Assembly: GCA_965237525.1 (NCBI GenBank)
Contig: CBDEFO010000004.1
Coordinates: 492,595 to 556,594, forward strand
Length of the DNA stretch: 64,000 nucleotides
Direction: 5' to 3'
Source of the DNA: Candidatus Latescibacterota bacterium
Lineage (GTDB): Bacteria > Latescibacterota > CBDEFO01
Shown here: positions 10,893 to 21,512 of the stretch, piece by piece
Numbering within the stretch: the stretch's first letter is position 1
Layout of the letters: each line of letters starts with the position of its first letter
Program-made: the position numbers and the translations under genes
Notes under the pieces: model-generated
Database searches by the model: none
Told to the model about the DNA's origin: nothing
Seen by the model: only the letters and a program-made list of their open reading frames with translations

Positions 10893-12419
10893 ATGAAAGC
10901 TCTTCAGATTGCAGCCAAGTTACATCAAGAGACAGACCAGCCGATTTATGAACAAGGGATAGAAGCGTTACTTGTCATTGCTATGGTGGCGGTGATAGCG
11001 CTGCTATTGTCCGTGACCGCAGTCCCAGCCGTGCTTTCGCCGGGTGCGACCGAGGTATCGGAGGTGAGCGCTGCGCCGGTTCATGCGCTGCGCGTGATTC
11101 TGCCGGCCGGCACCGCCAAGACGCTCCGGCTGCACAACGTGCAGGAGCCGAAGGTCGAAGCACCGGACGGAGTGCGCGCCGAGACCTTCTGGCTCTGGGG
11201 CGACCTGCGCCCGTTCGTCGAAGGTGGCGATCGTTTCGTGCCTATGTGGCTGTTGCCCTGGCGCGTCGGACCCAGGCCGGACCCCATTGTCAGACTGCAC
11301 GCCGACAAGCCCGGAGAGTATGTCGTGCCCGTCGCCGAGGGCGTAACGGTCAACCTCGAGGTCACCCAGCCGCTGCCGAAGCCCGACATCGGCCTGGGGT
11401 TTTACAACCCGTTCACGTGGCCCAAGCCGGAGGAGGAGCCGCTCATCCGGCGCAGCATGCGCGATCATCTGCTGAACGTCTTCACTCCACGGCCCGATCC
11501 CGTGCACGATTCTCTGCCGCATGCACCCAGGCAGGACAACACTGCCGCGCGCATCGCCTGGCGCATCGACGCCGCTATCGAGGAAGGACTCATCGGTCCG
11601 AAACATCCGCTGTTGTGGCTCTCCGTCTGTCCAGAGGATATCGTCAAGGCCAAGCTGCTGGCACGCTACCCTGATCGGTGGCCGCCCCTTGTCTGCGGCA
11701 ACGTGGACGAGCCTGGTCTACACAGGGAGAAGTTGGTTCGCCAATACGCAGCCGCCGCACACAAGTTGGGAGTTCTCAGCGGCACGGCCATACCGGGTTA
11801 CAGCATCATGGCCTTCGGCGATGTGCTGGACATGTGGATCCTGAATATCGAGCAAATGAACGAAGAAATCCGACGCCGGGCACAGGAACAGGGTGCCTGG
11901 CTGTGGGTGTACACGTCGGCGATGCGCGGCACGAACGCGCCGATTCACCGATACCTGACCGGGCTGTGGGCCTGGGCCGTCCGCCCGGAGGGCGTGCTCG
12001 TGTGGGCATTCGCGCACGACTTACGTGAATTCACCGGGCCGCAGGACGTCTTCGCCATCCAGCACAGCCACGCCGTCGCAGGACCCGACGGCCCTATTGA
12101 CTCCGTGGGCATCGAGGGGATGCGAGACGGCGCCATCGACTACATGTTGCTTCGACATCTGGAGCAGCTGGTCGCGCACCCGAATTTTACAGATGCGGAA
12201 TGGGAAGATTACTATAATCTCCATAAGGCGGCGCAGTGGCTCGAGCAATTGCGCGCGTCGGTGCCACCGCACTTCTGGCCGCATGGTACCGCCTACTGGC
12301 CAACAAACATCCGCAAAAGCCTCTGGGATGGTCCAGACACCCAGAACCCGCCGGTGGCGTCCTTCTCCCACCTCCGGGCCAAGGCGTGGAAGTACATCAG
12401 CGAAATTGAACAGCAGTGA
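10893..12419 (+). CDS. Hypothetical, probably secreted protein (C-terminus resembles DUF4091/GH123-type proteins)
   Basis: Hydrophobic N-terminal segment, DEP motif, C-terminal GPIDS...EGMRDG..DY; GC-rich relative to flanks. Confidence 0.55.
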   Translation: MKALQIAAKLHQETDQPIYEQGIEALLVIAMVAVIALLLSVTAVPAVLSPGATEVSEVSAAPVHALRVILPAGTAKTLRLHNVQEPKVEAPDGVRAETFWLWGDLRPFVEGGDRFVPMWLLPWRVGPRPDPIVRLHADKPGEYVVPVAEGVTVNLEVTQPLPKPDIGLGFYNPFTWPKPEEEPLIRRSMRDHLLNVFTPRPDPVHDSLPHAPRQDNTAARIAWRIDAAIEEGLIGPKHPLLWLSVCPEDIVKAKLLARYPDRWPPLVCGNVDEPGLHREKLVRQYAAAAHKLGVLSGTAIPGYSIMAFGDVLDMWILNIEQMNEEIRRRAQEQGAWLWVYTSAMRGTNAPIHRYLTGLWAWAVRPEGVLVWAFAHDLREFTGPQDVFAIQHSHAVAGPDGPIDSVGIEGMRDGAIDYMLLRHLEQLVAHPNFTDAEWEDYYNLHKAAQWLEQLRASVPPHFWPHGTAYWPTNIRKSLWDGPDTQNPPVASFSHLRAKAWKYISEIEQQ

Positions 12420-12714
12420 CCATCGAGCACCCTGACGATGGACTCCCGGTGAGCTTTGGGCGCAGACGCCATCTGAAGCTGTGAGCCACAACTTCGACAG
12501 GAATTTATACTTTTCTCTGCTAAGTCTTCCCTCTCAAGATTTTCTCTGGAGACCAGGACCCCCAAGCTCCCCCGTTTCTCCAGCTTCGATTTTATCTGTT
12601 CCAAGTAAGCAAATAGATCGGTGTCGGTTCGATTTGGTCATGATCTTCATTAGAAGGAAACGCTGCCCCTGCCCTTGCCGCCAATGGACTTTTCCAGCGC
12701 CTCAAGAACCGCTC

Positions 12715-12748
12715 ACCGATGCCAGGCGGAGCTCCGCCTGGCATCGGT
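12715..12748. repeat. Perfect 34-bp palindrome
   Basis: ACCGATGCCAGGCGGAG|CTCCGCCTGGCATCGGT. Confidence 0.9.
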
Positions 12749-13027
12749 CCTGAGTATCCGTACAAAAGCGCGAACTCCCGGAAGAAAGATGCTCTCGCCA
12801 GAGTCAATGCTCCGGTGGATGCGGACTTCCCGACGATGAAGCTTGGACTACACCGTTGGGATCGACGCGGAAGAAGGGGTACGTCAGAATCGTCGAGATG
12901 CTTTCAGCTAAAGACGAATCAGTCGGAGATGGGAACGCATGAAGCATCTTGGCGTAAAGACTTACATGAAGTGGCTAAACTTGACTGCAAATCTTTGTGT
13001 GCGTGAGCGCTCGTGGGTCACTGGTCC

Positions 13028-13891
13028 TCAATCCACGGGTATGCGATAGGATGTTCGGTCTATGACCTCGTGATCAGAGGACCGTGCCGTCTGGAGCGCG
13101 TTTTCGGTAAGCGGAAGGTAGTGATGGGTCTCCGCGTTCATCGAGATAAAGCCTTCCGCGTAGGCGCAGTGGCCGCACATACCAAAAGCCCCGTCGTTGG
13201 CCTCGATCCGCTTGCGCGCATACGCTCCGGCGTAGCCCTGGCTCACCATGCAGTCCAAGGCCGCCAGCTTTTTGTCCACCACATCCGTGATGTCAACGAA
13301 CACGTCGTTGTAGTAACCGCCTTCAGAGTCCCACAGACTCCGGCGAATGGAGGCCGCACCCGCTCCATAGAAAAAGACCTGTGCCACCCGGTGAGGTGGA
13401 CGCCGATCTCCCGGTTCAACACTGCCGGCCAGACTTATGGCGGCCAAGACCGTCTGCCCTGTGATGGCGTGCGGATTTATCAGTCCTTCATGCTCCTTCG
13501 GGAAGTGGGTCAAGAGGATGTCAGGTCTCAATTCACGAAACAGTCGCCCCAGACGCCGCACAGTCTCCTCGGTGACCAGCAGCACCGCATCGTCGGCTCC
13601 GAAAAAGTGTATGTCCTCCACCCCTAATATCTCACAGGCCCTGCGAGTCTCCTCGGCCTTGACATCCGCCCGCTCCCCCATGAGCCGCACGAGCTCTTCA
13701 CTTTCCGGGACCTCGTCACGGTGAAACATCGAATCGCTGATCACGTCGTCGTGCACTCGGGCTCCATGGGTCATCACCACACAGCCTACGTAGTCACCGC
13801 GTCTTGTGTGGTGGGCCATGGTTCCCCCAGATTGGTCGAAGATGTCGGCTGGGTGTGCCCCAACTGAGAGTATGCGCAGTGGCTCGTTCAT
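13028..13891 (-). CDS. PIG-L/LmbE-family zinc hydrolase (HxAD variant as in GalB-like hydratases)
   Basis: VGAHPAD, ACEILGV, LRPDILLTH, VDIT..VDKK.AA....SQ, YAEGF motifs. Confidence 0.8.
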   Translation of the reverse strand: MNEPLRILSVGAHPADIFDQSGGTMAHHTRRGDYVGCVVMTHGARVHDDVISDSMFHRDEVPESEELVRLMGERADVKAEETRRACEILGVEDIHFFGADDAVLLVTEETVRRLGRLFRELRPDILLTHFPKEHEGLINPHAITGQTVLAAISLAGSVEPGDRRPPHRVAQVFFYGAGAASIRRSLWDSEGGYYNDVFVDITDVVDKKLAALDCMVSQGYAGAYARKRIEANDGAFGMCGHCAYAEGFISMNAETHHYLPLTENALQTARSSDHEVIDRTSYRIPVD

Positions 13892-14653
13892 TTGAGATCC
13901 CCTTTCGTCCGTGAGACGTTCTGCTTTGTCATTTGATGTTGCGGGCTCAGCCTGCCGTCAGCCTCCTTCACAGGAAGTCGTCCACCTCAACCCGGAGATG
14001 TACTAGCACTGTTCTCGGCCGCAAGCAGGGCCGTCGGAATGCGGCGTTCGTGTTCGAGACTGTTCCAGTAGTGCTTGCTTTCCTCAAACGCACCTAAGAA
14101 GGTAGACAGAAGAATTGTTATAGGAACTGAAAAAATATTCGACAAAGGCTCTCAATCAACTGGAGGATGGACTCAAATTGGCAGACAACTTTTTGGAGGA
14201 ACAGACTATAGTCTGGACAACACTGTTCCACTGATCGTAGAAGTGCCTCTATCTAACTCGGAGATCGTGTTCGTCACTTCCTTCGCCAGATCTTCCACTC
14301 TTTCTATCTCTGGACACCATGTATCCAGCGTCGGCCTCCCCTCCACCACCATGGGCAGAGCCTTGAACACCATCGTGCTCTCCCCTTTTTGCACGCCCAC
14401 CGCAATCTGTACGGTTCTTATTCTCTGACGACTCGCCCCGTCGAGAGAATCCGCCGCTCGGCTGTTCGCTCGAAGGACCTTTGTAACCTCGCCTCCTCAT
14501 CCTGAATGTCGTTTACCGGCAGTTTCAGACTCGGGGGGTAGTCCGGACCCGGTAGCAGACCCTTGCAGTTACCTTTTCATTCTGAAACTGCTTTGCCATC
14601 CCTCTGCCAAAGACAGTTTTGCTTATTTCGCCGATATCTTTTCTCATCAAGTG

Positions 14654-15829
14654 TCAGATTACCGCCAGCGCTTTGTTTTCGATCTCGTCCCAATTCGGTT
14701 CCTCAACGGGATAATCCTCGCAAGCGATGTACATATAGCCATCTTCAACGACGGCCCTACCGCTTGCGGTTCCCAACGTGCCCATGCCGACTCCCTTCTC
14801 GAATATCGGATCGTTCTTTATGGCCAGGATTACATTGGGGTCTCCACCGTGCACGCTGACCCCGAAGCTCTCGGCCAGATGGGCCAGCTTCATCTGTGCC
14901 GTAATATCTTTCCCACGTTGACGAACGATGTCCACAGCCTGCATGGCCAAAAATCCCGATGCGTTATACGGCTGTCCTGCTGTTACCGAGCCTGACCACT
15001 CTAAGGCTAATATCGGTAAATCCAATGTATCGCATAACTTCTTAAGTCCCATTAAGTCCCAATCTTGAAGGGGTTCCTCCATCCACGAATAGTTGAGTTT
15101 CTCCAAAGCTCGTCCCACCTTTACCGCATCGTTGTACGTATAGTTCTGGACAGGATCGTGCATTAAGAGAAAATCATCTCCCACTGCGGCACGGAGTTCC
15201 TGTGCCAGTTCGATATTCGTCTTCACACCGCCATAGGAGTGATCCTTACACCCCTTATACCCTTCTTCCTTGAACTGCACAGCTTGCGCGACCACATCGT
15301 CTATCGTTCCATCAGGGAGATTCCGGTACGCTGGAATCTTCTCCCTGTAACCTCCTAATAGCTTGTAGAGCGGTTGCTTGGCGTGGCGACTGGCAAGATC
15401 CCACAGCATATTGTCTATTATGTTGCTAATTCTGGGGTAGGAGAACCGTTTCGCATACCACAATCTCTGCCAGATGTATTCCCGGTCGAAAGCGTCCACG
15501 CCTATCAACAGAGTGGCAGTGGTCGCTTTGATGTGTTTGGCCTCCCACTCCAGGTCGTCACCGTAAAAACCATTGGCGAATGCTGTGTAGGCATCCAGAT
15601 CCCCATCGGTGACCAGCCGCAGCATAGAGCTATAGGTCGGCGTTGGAGTATCATCCTTGTACTCTATAATCTCTTGATTGTATTCCGAGTCTGGGCCAAG
15701 AATTCCATGCGAACGAGTAAAGATTCCTGACAATCCGGGAGGTACCTTCTCAATAGATTCTGTGTTCTTGACGTGCCTGTCACTAGGCTCGCCCTCGAGG
15801 ATATAAAACTTTACGTCCTTGATCTGCAT
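14654..15829 (-). CDS. Mandelate racemase/enolase-superfamily enzyme, tandem copy 1
   Basis: ID..LWDL, LYKLLGG, MHDP, WMEEPL, LALE and VHGG motifs. Confidence 0.9.
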   Translation of the reverse strand: MQIKDVKFYILEGEPSDRHVKNTESIEKVPPGLSGIFTRSHGILGPDSEYNQEIIEYKDDTPTPTYSSMLRLVTDGDLDAYTAFANGFYGDDLEWEAKHIKATTATLLIGVDAFDREYIWQRLWYAKRFSYPRISNIIDNMLWDLASRHAKQPLYKLLGGYREKIPAYRNLPDGTIDDVVAQAVQFKEEGYKGCKDHSYGGVKTNIELAQELRAAVGDDFLLMHDPVQNYTYNDAVKVGRALEKLNYSWMEEPLQDWDLMGLKKLCDTLDLPILALEWSGSVTAGQPYNASGFLAMQAVDIVRQRGKDITAQMKLAHLAESFGVSVHGGDPNVILAIKNDPIFEKGVGMGTLGTASGRAVVEDGYMYIACEDYPVEEPNWDEIENKALAVI

Positions 15830-15980
15830 TGAAAGAACCTCTCTTCTTAACGTGGTGAGGTGAGGATTAAGCGGAGGCAGTAAACCACGAAGCGGTCGCG
15901 CTTACATTTGTCCGTTATTACAATAATTCCTTATGTTAATTCTTTGATCTGCCGATTCATTTGCAGCCTCTTTCTAAACC

Positions 15981-17153
15981 TCAAATTACCGCCAGAGCTT
16001 TCTTTTCGATCTCGTCCCAATTCGGTTCCTCTACGGGATAATCCTTGTAATCGATGGACATATAGCCATCTTCGACGACGGCCCTACCGCTATTTGAATG
16101 TATATTTCCCAAGGTTACTGCCTCTAATATTGGATCGTTTTTTATAGCCAGGAGTACATGGGGGTCTCCACCGTGCACACTGACCCCGAAGCTCTCGGCC
16201 AGATGGGCCAGCTTCATCTGTGCCGTTATATCTTTCCCACGTTGACGAACGATGTCTACAGCCTGCATAGCCAAAAATCCCGAGGCGTTATACGGCTGTC
16301 CTGCTGTTACCGCGCCTGACCACTCTAAAGCCAATATCGGCAAATCCAATGTATCGCATAACTTCTTAAGTCCCATCAAGTCCCAATCTTGAAGAGGCTC
16401 CTCCATCCACGAATAGTTGAGTTTCTCCAAAGCTCGTCCCACCTTTACGGCATCGTTGTACGTATAGTTCTGGACAGGATCGTGCATCAACAGAAAATCA
16501 TCTCCCACTGCGGCGCGGAGTTCCTGTGCCAGTTCGATATTTGTCTTCACACCGCTATAGGAGTGATCTTTACACCCCTTAAACCCTTCTTCCTTGGCCT
16601 GCACAGCTTCTGCGACCACATCGTCTATCGTTACACCACCGATATTCTGGTACGCTGGTATCTTCTCCCTGTAACCTCCCAATAGCTTGTAGAGCGGCAG
16701 CTTGGCGTGTCGACTGGCAAGATCCCACAGCATAAAGTCTATCTTCTCGCTAATTCTGGGGTAGGAGAACCGTTTGGCGTACCACAATCTCTGCCAGATG
16801 TATTCCCGGTCGAAAGCGTCCACGCCTATCAACAGAGTGGCAGTGGTCGCTTTGATCTGTTTTGCCTCCCACTCCAGCTCGTCACGGTGAAAACCACTGT
16901 TGAATCCAGTGTAGCCATCCAGGTCCCCATCGGTGACCAGCCGCAGCATAGAGGTATAGGTAGGCATTAGAGTATCATCCTTGTACTCTATGAGTTCTTC
17001 ATTATAATCCGAATCTGCGCCAAGAATGCCATGCGAACGAGTAAAGATCCCTGACAATCCAGGAGGTACCTTCTCAACAGATTCTGTGTTTTTGACGTGC
17101 CTGTCGCTAGGCTCGCCCTCGAGGATATAAAACTTTACGTCCTTGATCTGCAT
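15981..17153 (-). CDS. Mandelate racemase/enolase-superfamily enzyme, tandem copy 2
   Basis: Same motifs; close paralog of copy 1. Confidence 0.9.
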   Translation of the reverse strand: MQIKDVKFYILEGEPSDRHVKNTESVEKVPPGLSGIFTRSHGILGADSDYNEELIEYKDDTLMPTYTSMLRLVTDGDLDGYTGFNSGFHRDELEWEAKQIKATTATLLIGVDAFDREYIWQRLWYAKRFSYPRISEKIDFMLWDLASRHAKLPLYKLLGGYREKIPAYQNIGGVTIDDVVAEAVQAKEEGFKGCKDHSYSGVKTNIELAQELRAAVGDDFLLMHDPVQNYTYNDAVKVGRALEKLNYSWMEEPLQDWDLMGLKKLCDTLDLPILALEWSGAVTAGQPYNASGFLAMQAVDIVRQRGKDITAQMKLAHLAESFGVSVHGGDPHVLLAIKNDPILEAVTLGNIHSNSGRAVVEDGYMSIDYKDYPVEEPNWDEIEKKALAVI

Positions 17154-17304
17154 TGGAAGAACCTCTGTTATTAACGTGGTGAAGTGAGGATGAAGCGGAG
17201 GAAGTAAACCACGAAGCGGTCGCGCTTACATTTGTCCGTTATTACAATACTTCCTTATGTTAATTCTTTGATGTACCGATTCATTTGCAGTCTCTTTCTA
17301 AACC

Positions 17305-18498
17305 TCAAATTACCGCCAGAGCTTTCTTTTCGATCTCGTCCCAATTCGGTTCTTCTACAGGATGATCCCCGCAAGCGATGTACATATAGCCATTTTCAAC
17401 GACCGCCGTGCCCTGGAAAGTAAGTTTTGCATCGGTCAGATCCCTTGCTGTTCCCCAGGAAGCTGCCTCGAATACTGGATCGTTTTTTGTAGCCAGGACT
17501 ACATGGGGGTCTCCACCGTGCACATTGACTCCGAAGCTCTCGGCCAGATGGACCACCTTCATCATTGCTGTTATATCTTTCCCGCGCTGGCGCACGATGT
17601 CTACAGCCTGCATAGCCAAAAATCCGGATGCGTTATAGGGCTGTCCTCCGGTTACCGCGCCTGACCACTCTAAGGCTAATATCGGTAAATCCAACGTATC
17701 GCATAACTTCTTGAGTCCCATCAAATCCCAATCTTGAAGAGGCTCCTCCATCCACGAATAGTTGAGTTTCTCCAAAGCTCGTCCAACCTTTACGGCATCG
17801 CTGTAGGTATAGTTCTCGACAGGATCGTGCATTAAGAGAAAATCATCTCCCACCGCGGCGCGAAGCTCCTGTGCCATTTCGATATTCCCATTCACACCGC
17901 GATAGGAGTGATCCTTACACCCTACAAACCCTTGCTCCTTTGCCCGCACAGCTTCTGCAATCAGATCGTCTATCGTTACACCGACGATATTCTCGTACGC
18001 TGGTATCTTCTCTCTGTAACCTCCCAATAGCTTGTAGAGCGGCAGCTTGGCGTGTCGACTGGCAAAATCCCACAGCATAAAGTCTATCTTGTCTTCAATT
18101 CTGGGATAGGAGAACCGTTTGGCGTACCACAATCTCTGCCAGATGTATTCCCGGTCGAAAGCGTCCACGCCTATCAACAGAGTGGCAGTGGTCGCTTTGA
18201 TGTGTTTGGCCTGCCACTCCAGCTCGTCACGGTGAAAACCACTGCCGATTCCGGTGTAGGCATCCAGGTCCCCATCGGTGACCAGACGCATCATCGAGGT
18301 ATATGTGGGCATTAGGGTATCGTCCCTGTACTCTATCAGTTCAGGATTATGTTCCGACTCTTGGCCACGAATGCCATACGAATGAGTAAAGAGTCCTGAC
18401 AATCCAGGAGGTACCTTCTCAATAGGTCCTGAGCCTCTGACGTGCCTCCCACTCGGCTTTCCCTCGAGGATATAAAACTTTACGTCCTTGATCTGCAT
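17305..18498 (-). CDS. Mandelate racemase/enolase-superfamily enzyme, tandem copy 3
   Basis: Same motifs; start set at MQIKD by alignment with paralogs. Confidence 0.9.
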   Translation of the reverse strand: MQIKDVKFYILEGKPSGRHVRGSGPIEKVPPGLSGLFTHSYGIRGQESEHNPELIEYRDDTLMPTYTSMMRLVTDGDLDAYTGIGSGFHRDELEWQAKHIKATTATLLIGVDAFDREYIWQRLWYAKRFSYPRIEDKIDFMLWDFASRHAKLPLYKLLGGYREKIPAYENIVGVTIDDLIAEAVRAKEQGFVGCKDHSYRGVNGNIEMAQELRAAVGDDFLLMHDPVENYTYSDAVKVGRALEKLNYSWMEEPLQDWDLMGLKKLCDTLDLPILALEWSGAVTGGQPYNASGFLAMQAVDIVRQRGKDITAMMKVVHLAESFGVNVHGGDPHVVLATKNDPVFEAASWGTARDLTDAKLTFQGTAVVENGYMYIACGDHPVEEPNWDEIEKKALAVI

Positions 18499-18691
18499 TG
18501 GAAGAATCTCTCTTGTTAATGTGATTAGGGAATGTGTTTTTGTACGGACGAGGCGCCACGGTCGCTTTGTTAGGGAGGATGTAGCGGAGGCAGTAACCAC
18601 GAAGCAGTCGCCACCACATTTATCCGTAGTTACAATAACTACTCATGTTAATTCTTTGATCTGCTGGTTCATTTGAAGTCTTTTCTAAACA

Positions 18692-19882
18692 TTAGATTAC
18701 CGCCAAAGCTTTCTTTTCGATCTCGTCCCAATTCGGTTCCTCTACAGGATTGTCCGCCCATGCGATGTACAAATATCCGTTTTCAACGACGGGCCTGCCC
18801 CGGACAGTGAGTTTCTCATCGCTCGGAGCACCTGCTCCATGCAAGGAGGTTAGCTCGAATGTTGGATCGTTTTTTGTAGCCAGGACTACATGGGGGTTTC
18901 CGCCGTGCACATTGACTCCGAAGCTCTCGGCCAGATGGACTACCTTCATCTCTGCCGTTATACTCCACCCACGTTGACGAACGATGTCCACAGCCTGCAT
19001 GGCCAAAAATGAAGATGCGCTAAACGGCTGTCCTCCGGTTACTGCTCCTGACCACTCTAAAGCTAATATCGGCAAATCCAATGTGTCGCATAACTTCTTG
19101 AGTCCCATAAAATCCCAATCTTGAAGGGGCTCCTCCATCCAGGAATAGTTGAGTTTCTCCAAAGCTCGTCCAACCTTTACCGCATCGCTGTAGGTATAGC
19201 TCTCGACAGGATCGTGCATTAAGAGAAAATCATCTCCCACTGCGGTGCGAAGCTCCTGTGCCATTTCGATATTTCCTTCCACACCGCGATAGGAGTGATC
19301 CTTACACCCAACATACCCTTCTTCCTTGGCCTGCAGAGCTTCCGCGACCAGATCGTCTATCGTTACACCGACGATATTCTGGTACACTGGAATCTCCTCT
19401 CTGTAACCTCCTAATAGCTTGTAGAGCGGCAGCTTGGCATGTCGACTGGCCAGATCCCACAGTATATTGTCTATCTGCCCACTTACCGGGTAGGAGAACC
19501 GTCTTGCGTACCACAATCTCTGCCAGATGTATTCCCGGTCTAAAGCGTCCACACCTATCAACAGTCGGGCAGTGTACGCCTTGAAGGTTTTTGCCTGCCA
19601 CTCCAGTTCGTGACGGTGAAAACCACTTCCGAATCCCATGTAAGCATCCAGATCCCCATCGGTGACCAGACGCACCATAGAGGTATAAGTCGGTTTAAGG
19701 CTATCATCCTTGTACTCTATGAGTTCAGGATTATGTTCCGACTCTTTGCCACGAATGCCATACGAATGAGTAAAGAGTCCTGACAATCCAGGAGGTACCT
19801 TCTCAATAGGTCCTGAGCCTCTGACGTGCCTCCCACTCGGCTCGCCTTCGAGGATGTAAAACTTTACGTCCTTGATCTGCAT
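18692..19882 (-). CDS. Mandelate racemase/enolase-superfamily enzyme, tandem copy 4
   Basis: Same motifs; start set at MQIKD. Confidence 0.9.
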   Translation of the reverse strand: MQIKDVKFYILEGEPSGRHVRGSGPIEKVPPGLSGLFTHSYGIRGKESEHNPELIEYKDDSLKPTYTSMVRLVTDGDLDAYMGFGSGFHRHELEWQAKTFKAYTARLLIGVDALDREYIWQRLWYARRFSYPVSGQIDNILWDLASRHAKLPLYKLLGGYREEIPVYQNIVGVTIDDLVAEALQAKEEGYVGCKDHSYRGVEGNIEMAQELRTAVGDDFLLMHDPVESYTYSDAVKVGRALEKLNYSWMEEPLQDWDFMGLKKLCDTLDLPILALEWSGAVTGGQPFSASSFLAMQAVDIVRQRGWSITAEMKVVHLAESFGVNVHGGNPHVVLATKNDPTFELTSLHGAGAPSDEKLTVRGRPVVENGYLYIAWADNPVEEPNWDEIEKKALAVI

Positions 19883-20016
19883 TGAAAGAACCTCTCTTGT
19901 TAGCGCGGTGACGTAATGTCTTCTTGCAGTGACCAGGCGCTGTGTCCACTGTGTGGCTCGCTGCTTCCACGGTAGGCCACGAATTGATCGCACTTACATT
20001 GTCTGATAACCCCTGC

Positions 20017-21045
20017 TCAGATTACACTCTCCGTCTGCTTCTCCACCTCTCCCCAGTCTATCTCTACCCCCAAACCAGGCCCCTGGGGCACTGGAAGATA
20101 TCCCTTTTCCAGCACCAGAGGGTTCTTAATCAGAGGTTCGCCTCCCTGAGAGCCGACCTCCCAACCTTCGAAGAAATCACAGTTCTTGATCGCTCCCAAT
20201 ACATGAGCGTGTACAAAACCATTCATCACCCCACCCGATTTGATCTCGCAGTTGACCCCGAAACTCTCCGCCAGATGTGCAATCTTGATCATATCCGTGA
20301 TCCCTCCGCGCCAGGGAACACTCGCCCGAACGATGTCCACCGCCTGAAGCGCTATAAGCTGTGACGTCGAGTAGAGCGTCCCAGGCAAGTACTCGGCCGC
20401 TGCAATCGGTATATCCAGTGACTCGGAGAGCTTCTTAAGTCCCATCAGATCGAAGTCCCGCAACGGCTCCTCAAACCAGTAATAGTTCTGTTCCTGCAGA
20501 GCACGACCCACCCGTATCGCCTCGATGTAAGTGTACTGCTGTACACTGTCGTGCATCAGATAAAATTCCGGGCCAACAGCCTCGCGGACTGCCTGTGCCA
20601 CCTTGATCATTTCATCGACCCCGAGGTTACAGTGGTCCTTATAGCCCCAGAATCCCTCCTCCCTAGCCTGCAGGGCGTCCTTCACAAAGGCACCGATATC
20701 CGACAGATTCCCCCCGCTCTTGTAAGACGGGATCTTGTCTCTGAAACCCCCTATTAACCGGTAGACCGGCATATCGGTTGCCTTACCCGCCAGATCCCAC
20801 AGCGCTACATCCACGTATGCCCGCACAGTCTGGGGCAGATAGCGGAGACGGTCCAGATGCACCAGTTCCTGCCAGAGACGCTCCCGGACCAGGGGATCCT
20901 GCCCGATCAATACGTTCCGGTAGGCCGATTGAATCTGGCGTGCTGTATCCTCGCCCACACCCATACACCAGCCCTCCAACTCAGTGTCCGTCAGGATTCT
21001 GAGAAGCCCAACAGGCTGATGGATCTTGATGTCGGTGATCTCCAT
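20017..21045 (-). CDS. Mandelate racemase/enolase-superfamily enzyme, divergent paralog
   Basis: VDVALWDLAGK, GYKDH, MHD, WFEEPL, PGLGVEID motifs; GGGAGG RBS before ATG 21045. Confidence 0.9.
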   Translation of the reverse strand: MEITDIKIHQPVGLLRILTDTELEGWCMGVGEDTARQIQSAYRNVLIGQDPLVRERLWQELVHLDRLRYLPQTVRAYVDVALWDLAGKATDMPVYRLIGGFRDKIPSYKSGGNLSDIGAFVKDALQAREEGFWGYKDHCNLGVDEMIKVAQAVREAVGPEFYLMHDSVQQYTYIEAIRVGRALQEQNYYWFEEPLRDFDLMGLKKLSESLDIPIAAAEYLPGTLYSTSQLIALQAVDIVRASVPWRGGITDMIKIAHLAESFGVNCEIKSGGVMNGFVHAHVLGAIKNCDFFEGWEVGSQGGEPLIKNPLVLEKGYLPVPQGPGLGVEIDWGEVEKQTESVI

Positions 21046-21512
21046 GATGTTTCCTCCCTCTCGATAATAGAGAATACCAATCTTTGCATAGTTGTTTAGA
21101 TTCTTTGGACACCCGCCCCATGCACAACGTCTATGAAAGGCTATTTGCGCCGAAGGACGTCCCTGTGCGCCGTCCACAGGCACCGACGCCCCATTAGATC
21201 AGTTTGCCCGCTCTGAGGCGAGGAAGACGACTGCGTGCCACTTCTTCGGTAATTCCAGAAGACAGGCGAAGAACTGCAGGATCTCAAGCTCGTTCAGTGG
21301 CTCCGAATCGTTCCTTTTGAACCGCTCCTACCCTGCATTTTCAGACTAGATCGAGACTGTCCAGACGCTGTTCACGGTGTTCTTATCTGGTGACAACTCC
21401 ACCGCTAGCCCCCTGCCGTGAAGATTCCTGGAAAACCTTGATTGGATTCAGGCTGGTGCTTCTTCTTAGGCTGCTTTACACAACAACTACAGGGGTACAT
21501 CTGAGCATGTTC

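Noticed and set aside
14075..14500. Toxin-antitoxin-like small ORFs
   Set aside because: Only vague HicB-like resemblance in short fragments; not supportable.
14654..19882. Diversity-generating retroelement acting on the enolase repeats
   Set aside because: No reverse transcriptase in the window, and differences are not adenine-specific.
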